NCBI GenBank assembly: GCA_963705305.1 | Contig: OY970067.1 | Span: forward strand, 96,001-160,000 | Reading direction: 5' to 3' | Source: an uncultured Methylomirabilota bacterium | GTDB lineage: Bacteria > Methylomirabilota > Methylomirabilia > Methylomirabilales > 2-02-FULL-66-22 | Length of the DNA: 64,000 nucleotides | Shown: piece after piece, positions 28,204-36,897 of the stretch | Position numbering within the stretch: position 1 is the first letter of the stretch | Layout of the letters: each line of letters starts with the position of its first letter | Translations under genes and position numbers: made by a program | Notes under the pieces: generated by a model | Database searches by the model: none | What the model was told of the DNA's origin: nothing | Seen by the model: the letters and a program-made list of their open reading frames with translations, nothing else

Positions 28204-29723
28204 CCCTAATCTCCGGCTAAGCGGTGGCCAGCCGGGCGATCTTGCGCCGCGCCCGGACGAGCAAGGCGTGCTGCAGGGCGCCCGAGAGCCGCAAGAGCGT
28301 CCGTCGGGCATGCGCGACGACCTTCCCGACGGTGTTGAACAGCAGGAACCGGAGACGCTTCGGCCGGGCGGTCCGGAGATCTCCGGGTAAGGTCAACCGC
28401 TTGAGCGCGGTGAGCAGGTTGTAGGTGAGCACGTTCAGCCGGAACCAGGCGGCGTTCGCCCCGAACTTCCCACTGGGCAGCGCGGCGGCCGCCAGCTCGG
28501 TCTTGAGGACGTGATGGGTGTGCTCGATGGTCCCTGCTTTCTCCCGGTGCCACCGGAGGATCGTGAGCCCATCCTCCGGCCGATTGGTGACCACGGCGAA
28601 GTACTGCACGCTACTCCCGTCGGCGAAGAGGCTCCCCTGGCGTCGCTGGATACGCACCGCGAGGTAGCGGCGAACGCACGGCCGCGCCTTCCGGTGATCG
28701 CCATCCTCGGGGACGTAGGGGACTTCGGCCCAGGCCCGGATCGCCTCGGGCTCCTCCCGCTCGAGCTGCCAGGCGGCCGCGGGGAGGCGCCGGATCTCGG
28801 CCTGGAGCTGCGCGGACATATCGGCGCTAATCGCGTAGGCGATTTTCTTCTCCTCGCACCAGCGGAGGACCTCCGTCTCGTAGAGGGCGCTGTCGGCCCG
28901 CAGGGAGATGCGGTCCACGCCCTGGGGCAAGTTGGCCACCGCCTGTTCGAGGACGCGCACGTTGCCGCACCCGGCGGGCACCTGGCCATCGCGGAACTGG
29001 TCGTGCACGATGACATCGTGCTCGGCCCAGAGGACCACGACGGGCTGGTAGCCCCGGGTCCCGTCGTAGGCCACGGTCGCCGCGTCCTTGTGGCTCTCGA
29101 CGAGCGTCGCGTCCACATCCAGGGTGGCCGTCGCCGCCCGGGCCCCGCGCTGGACGCCCGCGACCAGCGTCCGGTTCGCCTGTCCGAGGCCCGCCAAGGG
29201 GGCGGACTCCAGGGGGACCGTGGCCGCGGGCCCGGCCACCCAGAGCGGCCCGTCCTCCACGTGGAAGGCCTCGAGGAAGTCCCGGACCGTGGTCGCGGCC
29301 GGCAGGGGGTAGCCGAGCAGCGTGGCCAGGGCCTGATCCTCCCGGAGCGTCGTGAGGTCCTGGCAGCGGTCCCCGCCGCTCGTCCACAACGCGACGAGAC
29401 TCTCCACGAGCTGCGAGGGGGGTAATCCGCGCTGCCGCTGCTTGACCGCAACGTGGGTGTCGACGGCCTGGGCCACCCCGAGCTGGCGGAACAGCTCGAT
29501 CACGAGCGGGACCCCGGCCCGGCCCGTGACCAGCGTGGGGTCGATCGCGTCATCGATCTCGAACGGCAACCGGGGCGAGGTGTCGGGCATCGCTCTCCTC
29601 CTTGTGGTGTTTGCACCCACTGGGTGAAACCAAGCAAGGCCGATGCCAACCCCGCGGGCCGCGCGCACTGCGGGCCGCTGCGTGATTCGCGATCCCCCTC
29701 AACTTCTTAGCCGGAGATTAGGG
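28204..29723 (-). mobile_element. IS1380-family insertion sequence, 1520 bp, complete
   Basis: Perfect 18-bp IRs CCCTAATCTCCGGCTAAG (28204-28221) and CTTAGCCGGAGATTAGGG (29706-29723); flanking direct repeat GAGCTA at 28198-28203 and 29724-29729. Confidence 0.93.
28217..29590 (-). CDS. IS1380-family DDE transposase
   Basis: LDVDAT, GYQP, LRADSA, VVTN, IEHTHHVLK, KFGANAAWF..LTYNL. Confidence 0.92.
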   Translation of the reverse strand: MPDTSPRLPFEIDDAIDPTLVTGRAGVPLVIELFRQLGVAQAVDTHVAVKQRQRGLPPSQLVESLVALWTSGGDRCQDLTTLREDQALATLLGYPLPAATTVRDFLEAFHVEDGPLWVAGPAATVPLESAPLAGLGQANRTLVAGVQRGARAATATLDVDATLVESHKDAATVAYDGTRGYQPVVVLWAEHDVIVHDQFRDGQVPAGCGNVRVLEQAVANLPQGVDRISLRADSALYETEVLRWCEEKKIAYAISADMSAQLQAEIRRLPAAAWQLEREEPEAIRAWAEVPYVPEDGDHRKARPCVRRYLAVRIQRRQGSLFADGSSVQYFAVVTNRPEDGLTILRWHREKAGTIEHTHHVLKTELAAAALPSGKFGANAAWFRLNVLTYNLLTALKRLTLPGDLRTARPKRLRFLLFNTVGKVVAHARRTLLRLSGALQHALLVRARRKIARLATA

Positions 29724-29884
29724 GAGCTAGCCCCTCTGCCCGGTCGCACATCCTGCTGGATCTGCTCGGCCGCCCGGCGAAGCCCGGACTCGTTCCGGGC
29801 CAGCATCGTCACCCGGGCCCCTTCGGCCGCCAGCCCCCTGGCCGCGGCCACGATGCCCACTCTTCCCCTCAGCCCCAGGTCCAT
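29724..29884 (-). pseudogene. N-terminal remnant of an SDR oxidoreductase next to the IS
   Basis: MDLGLRGRVGIVAAA(deletion)RGLAAEGARVTMLARN; no continuation beyond the IS. Confidence 0.7.
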
Positions 29885-30019
29885 ACAACTCCCCCATCTC
29901 TTGGCCACCCGGCCGGCCTTCCCGGCTCAATCCCGGACCCGCGGTCCCGGCCAAAACGGGGCGCATTATACCCGCGCATCTCCATTCGTTCCAGGGAGAA
30001 ACGCGCCCGGCGGGGCGGT

Positions 30020-30048
30020 TTGACACTTCCGGGGGTTTCCCATATACT
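30020..30048 (+). promoter_or_regulatory. Near-consensus sigma70 promoter of the kdgK-eda operon
   Basis: TTGACA-17-TATACT. Confidence 0.75.
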
Positions 30049-30233
30049 GCGATCGTCCTTGATTTTAATGGGGTTGCGCTCGGAGCCTCGCGGCCGCGGC
30101 TGCCCCCGCCGGGCGATTGTGGGGAGCATGAGACCACGCGGGCAGATCGGGCTGCAGCACGATTCTTTATGAAACGGCTGGCATACGGTCTCTTGCCTTC
30201 CCCGAATAACCGACAGAGAGGAGCGGACACACC

Positions 30234-31364
30234 ATGGCAACCTTCAACCTACTCCCCGAAGACAAATGTCGTTGGGACGGCGTCGCGCTGGGCGAGGTGA
30301 TGCTTCGTCTGGATCCCATCGATGTGCCTTTCGAGCGGGCGCGTACCTGCCGCATCTGGCACGGCGGAGGAGAGGTCAACGTGGCGGAGGGAATGTCCTA
30401 CGTCTTCCGCCTGCGCACCACCGTGCTGACGGCCCTGGTGGATGACGGCTACGGCCGCAACATCGAGTGCCAGTTCAAGGAGACCGGTGTCGACGCCGGC
30501 CACATCATCTGGTTCAGCAACAGCGGAAAGGGAAAGTACGCCACCGACAAGAAGGGAAGCCTCATGAACGGCATCAACGCGACCTTCCGCGGCAAGGGCG
30601 TGATCCCCTCCAAGACGGAGTACTACCGCGCCCACACCCCCATCCGCGAAGTGGGCGCGCCGGATTTCAACCTGGACCGCCTGTTCGGCGAGGAGAAGGT
30701 GCGCTGGGCCCACACCGGCGGGATCTATTCGCTGCTTTCCCCCAAGACCGCGGAGGCGGCGGTGGAGTATTTGAAGACGGCCGGCCGGTACGGGACCCTG
30801 CGGTCCACCGACCTGAACTACCGGGCCAACGTCGAGCCCAACAAGGAGCGCGCCCGGGAAATCAACCGCCGCATCGTTCCCAACGTGGAGTTCCTGGTCG
30901 GCAATCAGAGCGACTTTGACGATGCCCTCGGCTACACCGTGGATGTCCCCAGCAACGCCGGCATGGAGCAGTTCCTAGAATGCTACGTGACGCTGCTGCG
31001 GAAGGTGGCCAAGGATTTCCCCAATCTCAAGCTGATCGGCACCCAGCTTCGCGGCGCCCACTCGGCGGACCGGATCGACTGGGGGGCGGTTTTGTACGAC
31101 GTCGCCGAGGACAAGCTGTACCAGGCGCCCATCCGCCGCAATGTCGAGATCGCCGACCGGACCGGCGGCGGAGACTCCTTCGCCGCGGGCGTCATCTCCG
31201 CCCTTCTCAAGGGGAAGACCCTCCAGGAGGCGGCGGAATGGGGGGCCGCCCACGGCATCCTGGTGCAAGAGACCCCCGGCGATACCACCATGGCGACCCA
31301 GGCCATGGTGGAGGCCGAGGTGAAGCGCGGTCAGAAGGGCGGCGGTGTCGTCGCCCTGCGGTAG
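30234..31364 (+). CDS. kdgK: 2-keto-3-deoxygluconate kinase-like PfkB sugar kinase
   Basis: LGEVMLRLDP, GGGEVNVA, HTGGI, DLNYR, DRTGGGDSFAAG, TPGDT. Confidence 0.8.
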   Translation: MATFNLLPEDKCRWDGVALGEVMLRLDPIDVPFERARTCRIWHGGGEVNVAEGMSYVFRLRTTVLTALVDDGYGRNIECQFKETGVDAGHIIWFSNSGKGKYATDKKGSLMNGINATFRGKGVIPSKTEYYRAHTPIREVGAPDFNLDRLFGEEKVRWAHTGGIYSLLSPKTAEAAVEYLKTAGRYGTLRSTDLNYRANVEPNKERAREINRRIVPNVEFLVGNQSDFDDALGYTVDVPSNAGMEQFLECYVTLLRKVAKDFPNLKLIGTQLRGAHSADRIDWGAVLYDVAEDKLYQAPIRRNVEIADRTGGGDSFAAGVISALLKGKTLQEAAEWGAAHGILVQETPGDTTMATQAMVEAEVKRGQKGGGVVALR

Positions 31365-31378
31365 GCCTGACCGGAGGG

Positions 31379-31462
31379 AATGCAAAACCGCCAACGAAAA
31401 ACCGACCACCGATCAATGAAGGACTCGACTGGTTGGCAATTGTCGGTTGTCGGTTTTGCATT
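31379..31462. repeat. Intergenic inverted repeat built from AACCGAC-like 7-mers
   Basis: AATGCAAAACCG ... CGGTTTTGCATT with internal AACCGAC/GTCGGTT units. Confidence 0.65.
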
Positions 31463-31529
31463 GACGTGCGTCGGGCCAGACGGCCCTCGGATGATGCAAC
31501 AGGCCACATAGATCAAAGGAGGAGAACAC

Positions 31530-32297
31530 ATGCCTGAATACACCCGGGACCCGAAGCGGGTGGACCGGGCGCTCCGGGAAAAGGGGATCGTCGTCGTCAT
31601 GGGTCGTGACCACGCCCGGAACCCCCAGGATGTCATCAACACCGTGCAGGCCATCTACGAGGCGGGCCTCATCGCAGAGGTCACCTTCCGCATCCCGGAG
31701 GGCATCCTGAAGGAGGCCATGGGCGAGCTGCGCAGGCGGCGGGACGAGAGCCTGAAGACCCGCCCCAACGACCCCATGGTCCTGGGGGTGGGGAGCGTCA
31801 TCAACCCCCGCGAGCTGGAGGCCGCTATCCAGATGGGCTTCGACATGGCGGTCGGTCCCGATTCGGGCATGGGCGGCTGCCGCGAGCCTATCGAGTTCGT
31901 CCGGATGGTGCGCGCGGCCGGCGTCTTCGGTGTGCCGGGCAGCTTCTCGCCCTCCGAGTTCGCTTACTTCCTCGAGCGGGAGGACGGCCTGGAGCCGGAC
32001 GGCATCAAGATCTTCAACGCCAGCGTCTACGGTCCCAGCGGCGTGGGCGCCCTGCTGGCCCCCTACCAGCGCGAGCGCCACAACGGCAGGATGATCATGC
32101 CCACCGGCGGGGTCAACGTGAAAACGGGGCCCGGCTTCCAGGAGCAGATCCGCAAGCGCGGGTACTGCCCCGTCCTGGGCATGTCGGCTCCTCTGGAGCT
32201 GGTAAGCGAGCGGAAGAAGCCGGGGGACCCCGACACGCTTCGGGAGTCGCTCCGGAAGTTCAAGGAAGAGTTCAAGCCGTACGTGCCGGTCAAGTAG
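31530..32297 (+). CDS. eda: KDPG/KHG aldolase-like protein
   Basis: EVTFR, GVGSV, PSE, KIF (Schiff-base Lys), MPTGGV; follows kdgK. Confidence 0.78.
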   Translation: MPEYTRDPKRVDRALREKGIVVVMGRDHARNPQDVINTVQAIYEAGLIAEVTFRIPEGILKEAMGELRRRRDESLKTRPNDPMVLGVGSVINPRELEAAIQMGFDMAVGPDSGMGGCREPIEFVRMVRAAGVFGVPGSFSPSEFAYFLEREDGLEPDGIKIFNASVYGPSGVGALLAPYQRERHNGRMIMPTGGVNVKTGPGFQEQIRKRGYCPVLGMSAPLELVSERKKPGDPDTLRESLRKFKEEFKPYVPVK

Positions 32298-32435
32298 ACC
32301 AGACCTTCCAGGCCCACCGGGGCCGGGTTTCGCCCGGCCCCGGTCCGTGCCCGTCGGGGATTCCATCGGCGGGTGCGCCGCTCCGGACATTCCGCACCCG
32401 CCTCCGACATCCGCTCGTCCGGAAGGAGGTCGCCG

Positions 32436-33104
32436 ATGAGCCTGAAGAGCCTGTCGCCGGAGGAAGTGAGCCGGCGCTACAGGGACCTCTACACGGCCGC
32501 GGTCTCGGATGTTCTGGACAACCTCGGACTGCGCAGACAGATGCTGCCGCACGAGATCACGCCGGTCACCCTGGACATGGTGGTCGCCGGGCCCGCCTTC
32601 ACTGCCCTGGGGGTCCCCACCGACGACGCCGGCAGCGACGATTCCATGACCCGCTTTCGGATGATGGAGAGCATCCAGCCGGGCACCGTCGCCGTGTGGT
32701 CCTCTTCCGTGCAGACCGAGCTGGCGCTGTGGGGAGAGATCATGAGCAGCGCGGCCCGCGAGCACGGCTGCACCGGCGCGGTCCTGGACGGGGGCATCCG
32801 CGATACGAAGTTCATCCTGGGGATGCGTTTCCCCGTGTTCAGTCGGTTCCGCTCCGCCGTCGGCTCCGTCGGGCGATGGGATGTTCGGGAGTGGATGATC
32901 CCCATCACCATCGGGACCGCGGTGATCCGGCCCGACGATTTCATCTTCGGGGACATGGACGGCGTGGTGGTGATCCCGAAGGACCTCACGGTGGAGGTGC
33001 TCCTCAAAACTGAGGAGAACGTCGCGAGCGAGTTCAACATGCGGGCGGAGCTGGCGCGCGGCGTGAGCGTCTCCGAGGTCTATCGGCGGCACGGCAAGCT
33101 CTGA
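32436..33104 (+). CDS. RraA/HMG-aldolase family protein
   Basis: AAVSDVLD, WGEIM, DGGIRD, GDMDGVVVIP. Confidence 0.88.
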   Translation: MSLKSLSPEEVSRRYRDLYTAAVSDVLDNLGLRRQMLPHEITPVTLDMVVAGPAFTALGVPTDDAGSDDSMTRFRMMESIQPGTVAVWSSSVQTELALWGEIMSSAAREHGCTGAVLDGGIRDTKFILGMRFPVFSRFRSAVGSVGRWDVREWMIPITIGTAVIRPDDFIFGDMDGVVVIPKDLTVEVLLKTEENVASEFNMRAELARGVSVSEVYRRHGKL

Positions 33105-33105
33105 C

Positions 33106-33240
33106 AGGCTGCTGAAAAAGGCCCATCTGCCGGGTACCTATCTGATGGGTGCCCAGCCTTCGGCCGGGTACCCGCACGCTCCCGCGACGCTGCGACGTAC
33201 CCGTAAGTACGCCTCGCGTCTGGACCTTTTTGAGCAGCTT
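33106..33240 (+). repeat. MITE-like palindromic repeat, full copy
   Basis: AGGCTGCTGAAAAAGGCCCATCTGC ... GCGTCTGGACCTTTTTGAGCAGCTT; shares internal AAGTACGCCTC with the copy at 10421. Confidence 0.85.
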
Positions 33241-33364
33241 GGCGGAAAGCGGGTTTTTCAGTACCGCTGCTAAGCGGGTCCGCGCACGAACCCGATCAGG
33301 CTGGCGGCGGTTTCCCGCGGACCACGGCCGGGCGCCGGACGGCCCGGAATTTGCGAACCGAACG

Positions 33365-34012
33365 ATGGATCAGCTCGATCTCCGACTGCCGATCGCTCGA
33401 CTCGATAATCTCGTGGACCGGCTGGGTCTGACGGCGTCGCCGGCCGGAATCACCCGGGTCTTCCTGCGCAGGAGCGGGGGGCCCCCTTCCAAGGTCACGG
33501 GCTCCATCGCCCACCTCCTCGATCGGGCTCGAAAAGAGCTGGCCGAGTACCTCGTCGGCGAACGGACCTTTTTCGCCGTCCCCGCAGACCTGTCCCGGCT
33601 CTCACCGTTCGACCGGGCGGCGCTGGAGGCGGCCGCGCGGATTCCCTTTGGAGAAACGCGAAGCTACAAGTGGGTTGCCGAACGGTTGGGAAGGCCGGAT
33701 GCGACCCGCGCGGTGGGAGGCGCCATGGCGGGAAACCCGGTGCCGCTCATCGTCCCCTGCCACCGCGTAGTGAGGACCGACGGCGGGCTGGGCGGCTACT
33801 CCTTCGGCTTGGCCCGCAAGGAGGCGCTGCTCTGCCTCGAGCGCGCCGTCATCCCTTACGTCGGGTGTGTTTCAACCAGGATCTTCTGCCGGAAAGGGTG
33901 CCCCTGCGAACGGGCGATCCGGCCGGACGACCGCATCCATTTCCGCGCCGCGGCGGACGCTGCTGCCGACGGCTACCGACCGTGCAGTGGCTGCCGACCC
34001 GCCTCGCCTTGA
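33365..34012 (+). CDS. ogt: Methylated-DNA-protein-cysteine methyltransferase with C-terminal Ada-type zinc-binding domain
   Basis: IPFGETRSY, RAVG, NPVPLIVPCHRVV; C-terminal TRIFCRKGC...GYRPCSGCRP. Confidence 0.9.
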   Translation: MDQLDLRLPIARLDNLVDRLGLTASPAGITRVFLRRSGGPPSKVTGSIAHLLDRARKELAEYLVGERTFFAVPADLSRLSPFDRAALEAAARIPFGETRSYKWVAERLGRPDATRAVGGAMAGNPVPLIVPCHRVVRTDGGLGGYSFGLARKEALLCLERAVIPYVGCVSTRIFCRKGCPCERAIRPDDRIHFRAAADAAADGYRPCSGCRPASP

Positions 34013-34030
34013 TTCGAAAGAGATCTCCAG

Positions 34031-34109
34031 CCGCCAAGACGCCAAGGGGAAATTCGAATTTCGAAGTTCGAATTTCGAAATTGGCAGGGCCGTCTTGGCG
34101 CCTTGACGG
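34031..34109. repeat. Inverted repeat (CCGCCAAGACGCCAAG / CTTGGCGCCTTGACGG) enclosing a TTCGAAN 7-mer array
   Basis: Array at 34050-34079; lies between convergent genes. Confidence 0.75.
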
Positions 34110-34131
34110 TGATGACGTTCTCGGGAACGGG

Positions 34132-35481
34132 CTAGAAAGGCGTCTCTCCGCGGTAGGACCAGTCCAGCAGCTCGACGGTGTGGGCGGTGCGCATGGCCAT
34201 CCCGCGCTCGCGCAGGCCGGAGGCGATCTGCAGCAGGCATCCGGGATTGCCGGCCACCACCACCTGGGCGCCCGTCTCGGCCAGGCAGTCCAGCTTTCGC
34301 GCCAGAAACTCCCGCGCCTCGGCGGGGTGCAGGAGGTTGTAGATCCCGGCGCTGCCGCAGCAGAAATCCGAGTCGCGCAGCTCCACCAGCTCCAGCCCCG
34401 GGATCGCCGCCAGGAGGGCCCGCGGCTGGGCCCGGACCCGTTGCCCGTGGGCCAGGTGGCAGGCGTCGTGATACGCGACGCGGAGCTTCACGGGCCGAAG
34501 CTCTCCGCAGAGCCCCGCCTCCGCCAAGATCTCCGAAACGTCGCGCACGCGCGTGGCCAGCGCGGCGGCGCGCCCGGCGTAGCGCGGATCGCCCGCGAGC
34601 AGTTCGCCGTACTCCTTCATAACGGAGCCACAGCCGGCCGCATTCACGGCCACGTAGTCGACCTTTGACGCCTCGAAGGAGTCGACGGCCCTCCGGGCCA
34701 GAGCTTTTCCCTTCTCCCGCTCGCCTTCGTGAGCGAAGAGAGAGCCGCAGCATCCCTGTTCCTTCGAGGCCACCACCTCGAAGCCGTTCAGGGCCAGGAC
34801 GCGCACCGTGGCTAGGTTGACCTCCGGGAAGAAGGCGTGCTGCGCGCAGCCCAGGAGCAGGGCCACGCGCCCCCGTCGGCGGCCGACCGCCGGGGTCTCC
34901 TCCGGAAAGTCGCGGCCGGCGGCCCGATCCGGCAGGACCGGCAGGAGGCCTTCCATGGCCCCCCAGCGCCCTAGCGCCCGCAGCAGGCCGCTTCCCCGGA
35001 CCAGCCGCTGGACCCCGAGCCGCTGGTAGGCCCGTAGGGGGCCCAGCAAGAGGCGCAGCAGCCTGCCGCTGGTGAACGTCTCGAGGATGAACTTCCGGAA
35101 GATCCGCTCCGGCAACGGGTACGCGTGCCGCCGCTCGATCTGCCCTCGCGCGGCCTCCATCAGCTGGCCGAATTGGACGCCCGACGGGCAGGCGGTCTCG
35201 CACGCGCGGCAGACCAGGCACAGGTTCATGTGCTTGACGAACCTGTCGCCGATCTCGACACGCCCCTCCGCGGCCGCCCGCATGAGGTAGATGCGCCCCC
35301 GCGGCGAGTCCATCTCGTTGCCCAGCACGCGGTAGGTTGGACAGCTGGGCAGGCAGAAGCCACAATGGACGCAGTCTAGGATCTTCTCCATCGAAGGGGG
35401 ATCCTGCGCGTCGAAGACGCCTGTCTGCCGCGCCTCCGTCTGCACCGTTTTGGCTTCCCCTGTTTCTACGCTCCGGGCCAT
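34132..35481 (-). CDS. glcF: Glycolate oxidase iron-sulfur subunit
   Basis: CVHCGFCLPSCPTY, SPRGRI, CLVCRACETACPSG, two CCG domains. Confidence 0.93.
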   Translation of the reverse strand: MARSVETGEAKTVQTEARQTGVFDAQDPPSMEKILDCVHCGFCLPSCPTYRVLGNEMDSPRGRIYLMRAAAEGRVEIGDRFVKHMNLCLVCRACETACPSGVQFGQLMEAARGQIERRHAYPLPERIFRKFILETFTSGRLLRLLLGPLRAYQRLGVQRLVRGSGLLRALGRWGAMEGLLPVLPDRAAGRDFPEETPAVGRRRGRVALLLGCAQHAFFPEVNLATVRVLALNGFEVVASKEQGCCGSLFAHEGEREKGKALARRAVDSFEASKVDYVAVNAAGCGSVMKEYGELLAGDPRYAGRAAALATRVRDVSEILAEAGLCGELRPVKLRVAYHDACHLAHGQRVRAQPRALLAAIPGLELVELRDSDFCCGSAGIYNLLHPAEAREFLARKLDCLAETGAQVVVAGNPGCLLQIASGLRERGMAMRTAHTVELLDWSYRGETPF

Positions 35482-35538
35482 GGGATCTGCACCCCTCCGC
35501 GTCCGATCGCCGCTTAGGGAACAATCCTCACCCGGGTC

Positions 35539-36882
35539 TCACAGCCCGCCTACGAACCGGCCCGGGTTCAGGATGCGGTGCGGGTCGAATTGCGCTTTCA
35601 AGTCGCGCATCAAGGACAAGCCGTTTCCCGCCGGCCCCCAGACATCTACCGCCCGCTTCGCCTCCGGCGGAGCCTTGAGCACTACCAGGCTTCCTCGATT
35701 CGCGACGGCGAAATCCCGCAGCAGACCGATCAGCTCCGCCGGGAGCGCCGAATCGCCCGTCGTGCCGGCCGGGGCCTGGAAGTAGTAGCGCACCGCCCCG
35801 GCGGCCGCCTCCGAAACCACCGAGACGCTCAGGCCGCGCCCGGCCGCCAGGTCCTCCCCCTGTCGGATCGCCTGGGGGACCGCGGCGGGCAGTAGGCTGG
35901 CCTTGAGGATCAGGGGACAGCCCGCACCACCGTCAAAATCCCTGACCGCCTCCCAGAACGCCCGATGGCCGTTGCCCTCCAGGCGCCCCCCGTCGCCTCC
36001 CCCCGCCTCCTGGATCCAGGCCGCCGCCGACGCGAGCTGGGTATCCACTGCCTCCGGCACCGAGGCCACGGCCACCGCCAGCAGGACCGCCCCGGACGGG
36101 AGAGAAACGCCGCTCCGCCGTCCGGCTTCCGTCGCGGCGGCGGCGTTCAGCAGCTCCACCGCGCTCGGCACGAGCGGCGAGTCCAGGATCCGGGCGACGG
36201 CCCGGCCGGCCGCATCGGCCGAAGAGAACGCCGCAATCCAGGTGCCCTCGGCGGGCGGGATCGGGTACAGGCGGAACGTGGTCTCGACGATCACGCCCAG
36301 CGTTCCCAGCGATCCGACGTAGAGCTTGTTCATGTCGTAGCCGGTGACGTTCTTCACCACCTTGGCGCCGCCCCTGATGACGGTTCCGTCCGCCAGGGCC
36401 ACCCGCAGCCCGATGAGCAGGTCCCGCACCGTCCCGTAGCGGATCCGCCGCGGACCGCTGCTGTTGGCCGCCAGGACGCCTCCGATGGTGCATCGGGCAG
36501 GCTGCGGCGGGTCCAGCGGCAGCTGCTGACCGTGACGACCGAGGATCGCCTGGTAGGCGTCGAGCGTTGCACCCGCCTGCACGCTGGAGGTCATGTCGCC
36601 CGGCTCGTGGTCGAGGAGGCGGTTGAGGCGTCCCAGGCCCAGGACGACATCCACGCGCTCCGGCACCCCGCCGAGGCCCATGCTCGTGCCCCCGCCCCAG
36701 GGCGCCACGGCGGCCCCCGCCCCGCTGCATGCGGCCAGGACGGCCGAGACCTCTTCCACGCTGCCGGGATGGACGACCGCCGCGGGGCGCACGCCGTCGA
36801 CCGCATAGCCGGCCGCCGCCTCCCCCACGAGAAGGTGTTCCGACCCGGCAATGAATTCGAGTCGCTTCAGGAGCTCGTCCAT
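35539..36882 (-). CDS. glcE: Glycolate oxidase FAD-binding subunit
   Basis: GGGT, TIGGVLAANSSGPRR, GAKVVKNVTGYDMNKL, FDPHRILNPGR. Confidence 0.9.
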   Translation of the reverse strand: MDELLKRLEFIAGSEHLLVGEAAAGYAVDGVRPAAVVHPGSVEEVSAVLAACSGAGAAVAPWGGGTSMGLGGVPERVDVVLGLGRLNRLLDHEPGDMTSSVQAGATLDAYQAILGRHGQQLPLDPPQPARCTIGGVLAANSSGPRRIRYGTVRDLLIGLRVALADGTVIRGGAKVVKNVTGYDMNKLYVGSLGTLGVIVETTFRLYPIPPAEGTWIAAFSSADAAGRAVARILDSPLVPSAVELLNAAAATEAGRRSGVSLPSGAVLLAVAVASVPEAVDTQLASAAAWIQEAGGGDGGRLEGNGHRAFWEAVRDFDGGAGCPLILKASLLPAAVPQAIRQGEDLAAGRGLSVSVVSEAAAGAVRYYFQAPAGTTGDSALPAELIGLLRDFAVANRGSLVVLKAPPEAKRAVDVWGPAGNGLSLMRDLKAQFDPHRILNPGRFVGGL

Positions 36883-36897
36883 AACCACATTCGGAAC

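Noticed and set aside
30179..30196. Sigma54 promoter TGGCAT...TTGC upstream of kdgK
   Set aside because: The GG-to-GC spacing is longer than the strict -24/-12 requirement.
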